DNA of 64,000 nucleotides from contig OX597842.1 in the NCBI GenBank assembly GCA_951406725.2, positions 28,768,001-28,832,000 on the forward strand, given 5' to 3'. Below, in pieces: positions 12,093 through 24,800 of this stretch (its first letter is position 1; every line of letters begins with the position of its first letter). The position numbers were made by a program, and so were the translations under genes. The notes beneath the pieces are model-generated. The model did not search any database. It was not told the origin of the DNA and saw only the letters and a list, made by a program, of their open reading frames with translations. The DNA comes from Octopus vulgaris (Eukaryota).

Positions 12093-12114
12093 CTAGACAG
12101 ATAGATAGATAGAC

Positions 12115-12155
<41 letters not shown>

Positions 12156-12667
12156 TAAAATATATATATATATACAGATATATATATGTAAACAGATAAA
12201 ACAATTTAGATTCAAATGTTGGGGATATATATACAGAGCAGACAGACATACACACACACACATATCTCTATATTATGTATGTATGTATATACATATAAAA
12301 TATATATATATATATGTGTGTGTATATGAAGATATATATGTGTGTGTGTGTGTATATTCATGTATATATGTATATGCATATACATGCACGTGTGTGTATG
12401 TGTGTGTTTCGAGGAAAGGGAAGGGTTCGTCTCACCCAGACACACATGCATGGGTCTGCTTCCATTGCACGTCAGCAGAACACAGGTAGGACACACAGAC
12501 AGACAGACAGAGCAGGCAGATGTTGACTGGATCAAAAGACATGGTGTAGAGGTTCAGAAACATAAAAGATCCCCCAGTTAATAACTGGTACGAAATGCCT
12601 CCAATCTGGTTGACCCCCCCCCCCAGCCAGGGTACATGGAAAGAATATGTCTTCCACATTTTATCTT

Positions 12668-13270
12668 GTATTTGTTTCTGTCATTAAACCGTGGCCATGC
12701 TGGGGCACTGCCTTGAAGAATTCTTTAGTACACCGGTACTTATTTTTGTTCTATGAAGCCAGATACTTTTCCTATCAGGGTCTCTTTTGCCAAACTGCTA
12801 AGCTACAGGGATGTAAACACACCAACACCAGTTATCAAGTTGTATGGTGGTGGGAAAAACACAGACACAAACACACACATATATATACAACAGGCGGTGA
12901 GCTGGCAGAAACGTTAGCACGCCGGGCGAAATGCATAGCCGTATTTCGTCTGCCGTTACGTTCTGAGTTCAAATTCTGCCGAGGTCGACTTTTCCTTTCA
13001 TCCTTTCGGGGTCGATAAATTAAGTACCAGTTATGCACTGGGGTCGATATAATCGACTTAATCCCTTTGTCTGTCCTTGTTTGTCCCCTCTATGTTTAGC
13101 CCCTTGTGGGCAGTAAAGAAATATATGTATACAACAGGCTTCTTTCAGTTTCCATCTACCAAATGTATTCACGATGCTTTGGTTGGTGCAGGGCTGTAGT
13201 AGAAAATACTTGCCCAAGGTGCCATGCAGTGGGGCTGAACCTGGAACCATGTGGTTTCGAAGCAAGCTTC
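12668..13270 (-). mobile_element. Diverged SINE type A, split by a SINE type B (12892-13102, +) in its central microsatellite
   Basis: Type A tail at 12668-12890 and head at 13110-13270; type B aggcggtgagctggcagaaacgttagc...gtcgacttttcctttcatcctttcggggtcgataaattaagtacc. Confidence 0.85.
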
Positions 13271-13584
13271 TTTATTTCATTTAATTTGCCACAAGGGCAT
13301 CAAACAGATAGAAGCTTTGCAGGCTGGACACGGACATTAATGGGATGAATGATAATGATGCAAAAATGATGATGATGGGAGAAGACGAAAAGCACCCACC
13401 GACTTTCGCTCCTCTAAAACAATGTTCTTTTTTCCCTTTTTCCCCCAAAACACAATGAGGCAATAAACCTCTTACATAAAAAACACAATGTTCAGAATTC
13501 TTTCTTTTTTTGTCTTTTTTAAAAACACAGAGGCTATAAACCTCGTACATTACACAAAAAGTCACATATTTCACATTTTGTATA

Positions 13585-13912
13585 CCAGTGCTGGTGGCAC
13601 GTAAGAGAACCGTCCGAATGTGGCCGTTGCCAGCGCCGCCCCAACTGGCCTCCATGCCGGTGGCACAAAAAAGCACCATCCGATCGTGGCCGTTGCCAGC
13701 CTCATCTGGCACCTGTGCAGGTGGCACATAAAAAGCACCCACTACACTCTCGGAGTGGTTGGCGTTAGGAAGGGCATCCAGCTGTAGAAACACTGCCAGA
13801 TCAGACTGGGCCTGGCGCAGCCTCCTGGCTTCCCAGACCCCAGTTGAACCGTCCAACCCATGCTAGCATGGAAAACGGACGTTAAACGATGATGATGATG
13901 ATGATGATGATG
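13585..13912 (+). mobile_element. RTE 3'UTR fragment
   Basis: gtggcac(g)taaaaagcacc repeats, conserved terminus, (GAT)n tail. Confidence 0.9.
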
Positions 13913-14321
13913 TAGACTCTTTTTTGAGTCCAAAAGGTCAAGTTATCCGGCCGACCAGTCTCCTTGCTTCACTGAAGCATGTACTCGGTTCCAGGCCGGA
14001 CCACGCAGCCATAAATCTGTAGGAGTCCTCCGGGAAGGAATTCATGATCCTGCACAGATCACTATCCCATAGGACCTCCGCAGCCACCTGCGAAGGCCAC
14101 TCAGGGTCCTCCGTGCAGGACAGAAGCCCCTCGCACCGGCCCCTCCTTTCCATTTTCTTCAAAGCAAGCTTCTTACCACACAACCACACCTGATGGGTCA
14201 TTCTGCCAATAATAATAAATACACACACTGGTTCAGCATCACTTCTCTCCAGTGAGGTTTTGCATTATATGTTATATGGGGTCCAAATCAAAACTAACTT
14301 AATTAAAGAAATTCTGAACAA

Positions 14322-14545
14322 GAGTGGCTGTGCAGTAAGTAGCTTGCTTCCCAACCACAGGGTTCCAGGTTCAGTCCCACTGCATCACAACTTGGGCAAA
14401 TGTCTTCTACTATAGCTTCAGGCTGACCGAAGCCTTGTGAGTGCATTTTGTAGACGGAAACTGAAAGAAGCCCGTCGTATATATATATATATATGTGTGA
14501 GAGCGTTTGTCCCCCAACTAGCATCTCTCGAGAACCAATGATGTG
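14322..14545 (+). mobile_element. SINE type A 5' part
   Basis: gagtggctgtgcagtaagtagcttgc...ggttcagtcccactg. Confidence 0.85.
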
Positions 14546-14579
14546 GGTTTCAGTTCCTGTCCGTGTGATACTTTCATGC

Positions 14580-15440
14580 CCTTGTTCCTGCCCCACGCCC
14601 CTCCACTCTTCTCCCCCCCCCCCCCCCGACCACGCTCCCACGCTCCCTGCTCCCCTCCACCCACGACCTTCCTTCTCATTTATTATCCCGGCTGAATGTC
14701 AGCCCGCCCCAGGCACACACATCCTACTCCCCACTCTTCCCACTGCCCCCCCCCGTCCCATGTTCCCAGACCCTCCTCTTCCTCCTCCACCCCCACCCCC
14801 TGTTTATGATGTGATGTTTTGGAGGTGGGGCTGACAGAACAGAACACTGCACCTCCACCACCACCTCCACCACCGCCACTACTGTAACCTCATTCTTCTG
14901 GTTAGCACCTCCACCACCACCACCACCCAACCATCATTAACACTATCCTTCCCCCCCTCCCTGCTCATGCCACTACCACACCCACCACCACCACCACCAC
15001 TACCACCATTACAACCGCCACCACCACCACCATCCCCCTGCCATCATTAACACAATCATGCCATGCCAATATCACAACTACCACCACCACCACAACATCA
15101 CACCACACCAATACTAACTCCTACACAACCCGCCTCCCCCCATGCCAGCTTCATTCCACTCCTACAACCACCACCGCCACCACCACCACCACCACTGTCA
15201 CCAGTACCTCCACCGCAGCCACCACCACCACCACCACTGTCACCACTACCTCCACCGCAGCCACCACCACCACCACCACCACCACCACAACAACAACAAC
15301 AACAACAGCAACAATAACACAAGCACTCCTGGCATTATGTTCATAACCTCCACAGCCAACCTCACCACCACCACCACCACCACCACCACCACAACATCAC
15401 ACCACCTCTATACTATCTCCTACACTTCCCAACCACACTT
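14580..15440. repeat. C-rich/(CCA)n low-complexity tract
   Basis: (CCA)n,(CAA)n runs; no conserved domain. Confidence 0.85.
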
Positions 15441-15830
15441 CCGAACCATTCCCCTTTGATTCCTGCCACGGCTATCACCACAAGACCAGATGAACAAAAA
15501 CGGTGTATTTAGTATTGTATGAACATAGATATATTTATATACATTTACAGAGTGTACAGGACTTTTAATATACATACATGCATGCATATATACATATTGC
15601 ATACACACAGACACAGACACACGTATATAATTAATATTTGTTTTTACGTTCAGTTATAATAAAAACAGTTTCACATAAATATGATAGGTTATTCTAGACT
15701 TTTGTAGAGAATAAATTCATAAATAAATACACACACATATATATACATATATATATATACATGCATACAAATATATATATATATTATATATATATATATA
15801 TAATATATATATATATATAAAACATATATA

Positions 15831-16395
15831 TTCAGTCCCACTGCGTGGCATCTTGGGCAAGTGTCTTCTGCTATAGCCCCGGGCCGACCAATGCCTTGTG
15901 AGTGGATTTGGTAGACGGAAACTGAAAGAAGCCTGTCCTATATGTGTGTGTGTTTGTGTGTCTGTGTTTGTTCCCCTAGCATTGCTTGACAACCGATGCT
16001 GGTGTGTTTACGTCCCCGTCACTTAGCGGTTCGGCAAAAAGAGACCGATAGAATAAGTACTGGGCTTACAAAAAGAATGAGTCCCGGGGTCGAGTTGCTC
16101 GACTAAAAGGCGGTGCTCCAGCATGGCCGCAGTCAAAATGACTGAAACAAGTAAAAGAGTAAAAGAGTATATATATATATATATATGTATGTATTTATTT
16201 TACTTGTTTCAGTCATTTGACTGCGACCACGCTGGAGCACGGCCTTCAGTCGAGCAAATCGACCCCGGGACTTATTCTTTGTAAGCCCAGTACTTATTCT
16301 ATCGGTCTCTTTTACCGAACCGCTAAGTGACGGGGCCGTAAACACACCAGCATCGGTTGTCAAGCAAAGCTAGGGGGACAAACACAGACACACAA

Positions 16396-16466
<71 letters not shown>

Positions 16467-16630
16467 CACACATATATACGACGGGCTTCTTTCAGTTTCC
16501 GTCTACCAAATCCACTCACAAGGCATTGGTCGGCCCGGGGCTATAGCAGAAGACACTTGCCCAAGATGCCACGCAGTGGGACTGAACCCGGAACTATGTG
16601 GTTGGTTAGCAAGCTACTTACCACACAGCC
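15831..16630. mobile_element. Tail-to-tail inverted pair of SINE type A (15831-16168 +, 16197-16630 -)
   Basis: Both carry the tail and central microsatellite in opposite orientation. Confidence 0.9.
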
Positions 16631-16679
16631 TGCGTGTATATATATATATATATATATATGTCTATGTATACATCTGTAT

Positions 16680-16890
16680 CAGTGCCGCCTGACCAACTCC
16701 CATACTGGTGGCATGTAAAAAGCACCCACTGCACTCTTGAAGTGGTTGGTGTTAGGAAGGACATCCAGCTGTAGAAACCTTGCCAGATCAGATTGGAGCC
16801 TGGTGCAGCCTCCTGGTTTGCCTGTCCCCAGTCAAACCATCCAACCCATGCCAGCATGGAAAACGGATGTATGACGATGATGATGATGAT
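16680..16890 (+). mobile_element. RTE 3'UTR fragment
   Basis: gtggcatgtaaaaagcaccc...ccagcatggaaaacggatg + (GAT)n. Confidence 0.85.
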
Positions 16891-16920
16891 ACATACATAC
16901 ATACATACATACATGCACAC

Positions 16921-16946
<26 letters not shown>

Positions 16947-16955
<9 letters not shown>

Positions 16956-17088
16956 GTGTAGGAAGAAATGGAGCTGAACGAAGATTTAACAAAATTCCTT
17001 TTTATTATTTTCTACATGTGTAGAAAATAATAAAAAGGAATTTTGTTAAATCTTCGTTCAGCTCCATTTCTTCCTACACTAAATATAT
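16947..17088. repeat. Perfect palindrome, ~70-bp arms, 2-nt spacer
   Basis: atttagtgtaggaag...ttttctaca|tg|tgtagaaaa...cttcctacactaaat. Confidence 0.95.
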
Positions 17089-17235
17089 AAAACTTCAAAT
17101 TTCCGCACTAAGGCACGGGTTTGAGACCCCAGGGTCGTAACCTCAACCGTGTTTTTTCTGTTGTGATTTTTGCTACCCAGGTATCAGTTTTCATTTGAAT
17201 AATCCGTAACAAGATAATTCATTTATCCATTTCAA

Positions 17236-17550
<315 letters not shown>

Positions 17551-17557
17551 ATATATA

Positions 17558-17810
17558 TGGCACGTAAAAAGCACCATCCGACCGTGGCTATTTGCCAGCC
17601 TCATCTGGCACCTGTGCCAGTGGCATGTAAAAAGCACCCATTACACTCACGGAGTGGTTGGCATTAGGAAGGGCATCCAGCCGTAGAAACACTGCCAGAT
17701 CAGACTGGGCCTGGTGCAGCCTCCTGGCTTCCCAGACTCCAGTTGAACCGTCCAACCCATGCCAGCATGGAAAGCAAACGCTAAACGATGATGATGATGA
17801 TGATGATGAT
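17558..17810 (+). mobile_element. RTE 3'UTR fragment
   Basis: Same 3'UTR and (GAT)n tail. Confidence 0.9.
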
Positions 17811-17967
17811 ATGTATATATATGTATATATATATGAAGTGATGGTTTGTTGCCAACTTTGTGTGGCAGTCCCAGGAAAGGGAAGAATGCTACTGCTGTTT
17901 AGCTCCAGGAAACACCGTTTCCAGTTGGCTGTTTGACAGAAGCAGTCTGTGTCCTTAAGTTTTCAAA

Positions 17968-18465
17968 CAGGACTGACCTGTGGTTAAACAACAACAACTA
18001 TAGCCACTAATACTAACTACTATACTATACATTAGATAGTGTAGTCCTAGATACACTATGCCTGAATAAAAGATGGGATGGTCACAGCTGGAACATCTTT
18101 GGTCATAGGTCTGTCTGGATCAGGACTGACCTGTGGTTAAACAACAACAACTATAGCCACTAATACTAACTACTATACTATACATTAGATAGTGTAGTCC
18201 TAGATACACTATGCCTGAATAAAACATGGGTTGGCCACAGCTGGAACATCTTTGGTCATAGGTCTGTCTGGATCAGGATTAGCCTGGGGCTAAACAACAA
18301 CAACTATAGCCACTAATACTAACTAAGTATACTGTACATTAGATAATGTAGTCCTAGATACACTATGCCTGAATAAAAGATGGTCATAGTTGGAATATCT
18401 TTGATCATAGGTCTGTCAGCTGGATGAGGACTGACCAAGGGTTAAACAAAAGTATAGCCACTAAT
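17968..18465 (+). repeat. ~153-bp tandem repeat, ~3 copies, with inverted copies at ~18620-18850
   Basis: caggactgacctgtggttaaacaacaac recurs at 17968 and 18121, diverged at ~18274. Confidence 0.9.
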
Positions 18466-19173
18466 ACCTTGGCAATGGCATGCTCTTGCTGCTAGGTATC
18501 TGGTCAGATGAGATTGGTAACCTCTGATATACAGAACAGTAGGTAAACCAGATACTGTTGGTGCAAATAGCTGCTGAGCTGAATAAAATTCTGTTATATG
18601 CAATAGAAACAGGATTAGAACTATGATCAAAGATGTTCCAGCAGTGACCATCCCTCCTTTTATTCAGGCATAGTGTATCTAGAATCACATTATATAAAGT
18701 ATAGTATAGTAGTTAGTATTAGTGGCTATAGCTGTTATTGTTTAACCCCAGGTCAGTCCTGATCCAGCAGACAGGCCTATGTTCAAAGATGTTCCAGCTG
18801 TGACCATCACATCTTATATTCAGGCATAGTGTATCTAGGACTACATTATCTAACGTATTGTTCTTTTTTACTTGTAATAGTGTACTTGGCAACAGACTTG
18901 ACTCCATCACCACCACCACCACCACCACCACCACCACCACCACCACCACCACAACAACAACAACAACCACCATTCACACTCCACTCCCCACCACCATCGC
19001 AGTAGCCATGTGGTTAACTGCATGAGGGAGATAAGGAAGTGTCATTTGATATGAGTGGTTAAGGGCGTTGTCCCTCCAATGGCGTCTGGACCCTGGTTGC
19101 TGGAGTTTTACAGATTGATTTAACATCTGCTTAACAACTTGTTTGATATATATATATAGGGAGGAGGTGGTGA

Positions 19174-21168
19174 GGTCTCCCTCATTGGCTCATACATACA
19201 TATATACATAGATAAGAGAGTAGGGTGTGATTGAGGGAGATTTGGCTGCTATTTCTACCAGGTCTAGCTACCATGTAGAGGTCTCCCTCATTGGCTCATA
19301 CATACATATATACATAGATAAGAGAGTAGGGTGTGATTTGAGGGAGATTTGGCTGCTATTTCTACCAGGTCTAGCTACCATGTAGAGGTCTCCCTCATTG
19401 GCTCATACATACATATATACATAGATAAGAGGTGTGATTTGAGGGAGGTTTGGCTGCTATTTCTACCAGGTCTAGCTACCATGTAGAGGCATCCCTCATT
19501 GGCTCATACATACATATATACATAGATAAGAGAGTAGGGTGTGATTTGGGGGGAGATTTGGCTGCTATTTCTACCAGGTCTAGCTACCATGTAGAGGTCT
19601 CCCTCATTGGCTCATACATACATATATACATAGATAAGAGAGTAGGGAGTGATTTGAGGGAGATTTGGCTGCTATTTCTACCAGGTCTAGCTACCATGTA
19701 GAGGTCTCCCCCATTGGCTCATACATACATATATACATAGATAAGAGAGTAGGGTGTGATTTGAGGGAGATTTGGCTGCTATTTCTACCAGGTCTAGCTA
19801 CCATGTAGAGATCTCCCTCATTGGCTCATACATACATATATACATAGATAAGAGAGTAGGGTGTGATTTGAGGGAGATTTGGCTGTTATTTCTAGCAGGT
19901 CTAGCTACCATGTAGAGGTCTCCCCCATTGGCTCATACATATATACATAGATAAGAGAGTAGGGTGTGATTTGGGGGGAGATTTGGCTGCTATTTCTACC
20001 AGGTCTAGCTACCATGTAGAGGTCTACCTCATTGGCTCATACATACATATATACATAGATAAGAGAGTAGGGTGTGATTTGGGGGGAGATTTGGCTGCTA
20101 TTTCTACCAGGTCTAGCTACCATGTAGAGGTCTCCCCCATTGGCTCATACATACATATATACATAGATAAGAGAGTAGGGTGTGATTTGAGGGAGATTTG
20201 GCTGCTATTTCTACCAGGTCTAGCTACCATGTAGAGATCTCCCTCATTGGCTCATACATACATATATACATAGATAAGAGAGTAGGGTGTGATTTGAGGG
20301 AGATTTGGCTGTTATTTCTAGCAGGTCTAGCTACCATGTAGAGGTCTCCCTCATTGGCTCATACATATATACATAGATAAGAGAGTAGGGTGTGATTTGA
20401 GGGAGATTTGGCTGCTATTTCTACCAGGTCTAGCTACCATGTAGAGGTCTCCCTCATTGGCTCATACATACATATATACATAGATAAGAGAGTAGGGTGT
20501 GATTTGAGGGAGATTTGGCTGCTATTTCTACCAGGTCTAGCTACCATGTAGAGGTCTCCCTCATTGGCTCATACATACATATATACATAGATAAGAGAGT
20601 AGGGTGTGATTTGAGGGAGATTTGGCTGCTATTTCTACCAGGTCTAGCTACCATGTAGAGGTCTCCCTCATTGGCTCATACATACATATATACATAGATA
20701 AGAGAGTAGGGTGTGATTTGAGGGAGATTTGGCTGCTATTTCTACCAGGTCTAGCTACCATGTAGAGGTCTCCCTCATTGGCTCATACATACATAAATAC
20801 ATAGATAAGAGAGTAGGGTGTGATTTAAGGGAGATTTGGCTGCTATTTCTACCAGGTCTAGCTACCATGTAGAGGTCTCCCTCATTGGCTCATACATACA
20901 TAAATACATAGATAAGAGAGTAGGGTGTGATTTGAGGGAGATTTGGTTGCTATTTCTACCAGGTCTAGCTACCATGTAGAGGTCTCCCCCGTTGGCTCAT
21001 ACATAAATACATAGATAGATAAGACAGTAGGGTGAGATTTTAGGGAGATTTGGCTGCTATTTCTACCAGGTCTAGCTACTATGTAGAGGTCTCCCTCATT
21101 GGCTCATACATAGATAAGAGAGTAGGGTGTGATTGAGGGAGATTTGGCTGTTATTTCTAGCAGGTCTG
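19174..21168 (+). repeat. 107-bp minisatellite, ~18-19 copies
   Basis: Unit gtctccctcattggctcatacatacatatatacatagataagagagtagggtgtgatttgagggagatttggctgctatttctaccaggtctagctaccatgtagag (19281 to 19388). Confidence 0.97.
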
Positions 21169-21546
21169 GGGAAGAGCAATAGCCGGAAGATGAGAGAGAG
21201 AGAGAGAGAGAGAGAGATGGATCAGTCAGCTGGAAAAAGGAAAGAGGGTGTGGGAGGAAGGTGGCTGGGCAGGGCAGCCAAGGTGGTGCTGGGGGTAGGG
21301 GTGGTGGTGGTGGAAAGAAAGAGAGTGAGTGAGAAGGAGTAGGAGGGTGGCGAGATCCAAAAGGAGGACATGTGGAGTAGAGGTAAGAGGGTCCATGAGT
21401 ACAACTGCACTAACAATAGGAAGAGAACAGGCATAGCTCTGGTATTGGTGGTGGTGGTGGTGGTGGTGGTGGTGGTGGTGGTGGTTGTGGTGGTGGTGGT
21501 GTTCTTGCATTTATGCATGTGTTGGCATTATAAAATGCTGGAATCA

Positions 21547-21597
<51 letters not shown>

Positions 21598-21805
21598 TTC
21601 ATTTTGGGATTTGGTTTGCAAGATTCTTTATATGAGTTTGTGTGTTGAAGCATATTCTGTTGTGTCTGGGGAGGGTCATTCTCTTTCAGTGCCTTATTAT
21701 TTAACACACTCACCGGTAAAATTTCCACTCATTCCCTTATTTTCATTTTCCTAAGATTTCCGTTGCGTCTTGCAACCTTTTCAATAGTTGTGGATAAGAC
21801 AGTAA

Positions 21806-24800
21806 AAACCCAGGCTCATCAAGCTGTCTTTTCCAGACCACACTGAGGCAACTGCATGCCATCTGGCCTCAGTTAAAGCTGGGCGTGAAAATCGGACGAC
21901 CCTTCGAACACGCCCAGGCTTACCATCCGATGTACGTCCGAAGCTACGTGTAGCGGCTTCCCTGAACCGGAACTCAGCTCTACAAGAAAGCTTCAGTCTT
22001 CGTGAAGATGGACAAATCTGGAGATTTGTTAAGACTGCTGAAACGTGGAAGAGAGATACCAGCTGGTCTGAGTGCTCTCTACCCACAATGACTGACACTG
22101 AAAAAAAAACTAAAAAAACTACAGCAACTCAGGGAAACTAAACCTGAACAACCTGCCATCCTCTACACACCATCATAAACTGCGAGCAGGGTACAAATTG
22201 TTGTCCTTAAATGCTCGCAGTTTGTGCAACAAAATTCATTTGTTCAACGCCTACGTCAGAAGTATTGACCCTGACTTCATCACTGTCACGGAAACATGGG
22301 CGCATTCCTTACTCTGTGATGGGGTTTTCAACATCACTGCGTACAACCTCTTCCGCAAGGACCGCATTAACCACCGTGGTGGTGGTGTGATGGTCTACGT
22401 TCGTTCAAATTTTTCGGTAATTCCTTGTGCCGATTTGAACGAATCACAAGAAGAAGTTTTTTTCTGTGACGTACGTATGACCATGTCAACACTCCTGCTT
22501 GGCGTTGTTTATCGTCCCCCAAATTACCATCAGGACACACAGCTTTGCGATATCCTCCGAGCTGCTGCCAGGAAAACAGCCACTTATGTTTTTATTGCAG
22601 GCGATTTCAATCATCCTGAGATCGATTGGGAAACCTTCCATTGGCCACAGAGTGCAAACGATTTTGTTGAGCTTGTGCTGGACTCAAACTGGTCACAAGT
22701 AGTCACCTCTCCAACAAGAGGCGACAACACCTTGGACCTGCTCTTCACCACAACTCCTGAAGCGGTTATCAATTGCACTACGGAGGAACCTCTAGGTGAC
22801 TCTGATCATGCTATGATCATCGCCAATCTGGCCCTTGCGGGCAACAAACACCTGAACCATCTCCAATCTGCTTCCTTCGATTGGAAGAGGGCAGATTGGA
22901 ACCTGTACCACACTGAACTACAGCACCCAAACTGGCGTGAATTCTACAACTCTGGAGATGTGAATACTATACTCCAGAGTATCCTGGACTCAATATGGGC
23001 AGCATGTGCAGCATCAGTGCCACGTAAACAAAAAAAGAAGAACCTCCCCAAAAGGGCAATTTGGGAAACTTCAGCGGTCCGACTTGTCAGGAAGGAACGT
23101 CGAACTGCTGAACGGGATTACAAGTTGCATAAATCAGACACCAACAGGAAGAAGCGGAATAAATCTTCCAACCATCTCAAGCAAGTGACAAAAAAAGCAG
23201 TGCTTGAATTTGAACAGTGCATAGCAGCCAATCCTGACAGCAAGGTTTTCTGGAAATATGTGCATTCAAAGCAGAGACCTCACTCTCCAGTGGGCCCTCT
23301 TCGCAACCCTCACACAAACCAGATCACTGACGACCCCAAGGAATGTGCAGAACTCATTGCCGAGTGCTATGCAAACATATTCACTGTTAAAAGTCAAAAT
23401 GTACCATCTTCACCATCACTAACAGCAAATTCCATAACAACTATGGAATTTACACCTGCAATGCTGCGACGTTACCTTCAAAATAAGCGCAACTATGCCT
23501 CCCCTGGTCTAGATGGAGTTACATACCTGCTTCTCAAACGTGGCAGGTACTTCCTTTTACACCAGCTTTCTATTTTCTTCCAGTACTGTCTCAACAATGG
23601 TGCTACTCCGGAACAGTGGAAAACTGCCAGTGTCATTCCTCTGTTCAAGAAGGGCGACCGCACATCACCTGTCAACTATCGCCCAGTCAGTCTCACTAGC
23701 TGTATTGCAAAACTGATGGAATCGTGTGTCATAGAAACACTTTGGAACTTCTGGAGCTCACACAGTCTCATCCGACCCTCACAATATGGATTTGTCCCTA
23801 ACTCCAGCTGCAGTGATCAGCTTGTCGAGTTCCTTGAGGACATTACTCAGATCACTGACAGTGGCTCATGGGTGGATGTTGTCTACCTTGACTTTGCTAA
23901 GGCTTTCAACTCTGTGCCACACAAAAGGCTTATGGTGAAACTCTCTGCAATGGGTGTGGGGGATGACCTTTTTAACTGGTTGAAATCCTTCATCCTCAGC
24001 CGAAAGGAGGTTGTCACAGTTCTAGGACAGCACTCTACACCATATGAGATGTCATCGGGTGTACCACAGGGATCTGTCCTTGGTCCCCTCTTGTTTGTGG
24101 CATACATTAATGACATAGATGCAAATTTAAAGAATGCCACAGTATTAAAATATGCAGACGACATCAAGCTGTACCTTGAAATCAAGAGGACAGATCCTGA
24201 TGTCTACAACTCTTTCCTGCAATCAGACCTAGACACAATGCAGCAGTGGATCACAGACTGGCAACTGAAACTGGCTGTGGACAAGTGTACCACCATGCAT
24301 TTTGGGAGAAAAAACCCTGCGTCCACATACTCCCTCCACAACACTGATATCAAGAAATCCTTTTGCGAGCATGACCTAGGCATCACTGTCAGCAGTGATT
24401 TGCGTTGGACAAAGCATATCTCTAAAATCGTCAAGAAGGCCGAGGGTGTCTTGGCATCACTCAGCAAGACTTTTGTTAGCCGCTCTCCAGCCATCTATTT
24501 AAAACTGTATACAGCTATGGTACGACCACACTTGGAATTCGCATCATCAGTTTGGAACCCCTATCTTGCTCAGAACATTCATCTCCTGGAATCTGTTCAG
24601 AGACGTGCAACCAAACGCATACCCTCCATCAGACACCTACCATATTCTGAGCGCCTTGTTTCCCTGGGCATGGATTCACTGAAGCTCCGGGGTCTGGCGA
24701 CGGACTTGGTAAGCACCCACAAAGTTGTCAACCACCTCACCAACAACAACACTGAACACCTTTTTGATCTCCATGTGTCTAACACACGTGGACATGCCTA

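Noticed and set aside
14493-15459. Proline/histidine/glutamine-rich ORFs
   Set aside because: (CCA)n/(CAA)n low complexity, open in several frames, no domain or convincing splice sites
19174-21168. CRISPR-like regular array (also the 94-bp arrays)
   Set aside because: No unique spacers, no cas genes, eukaryotic context
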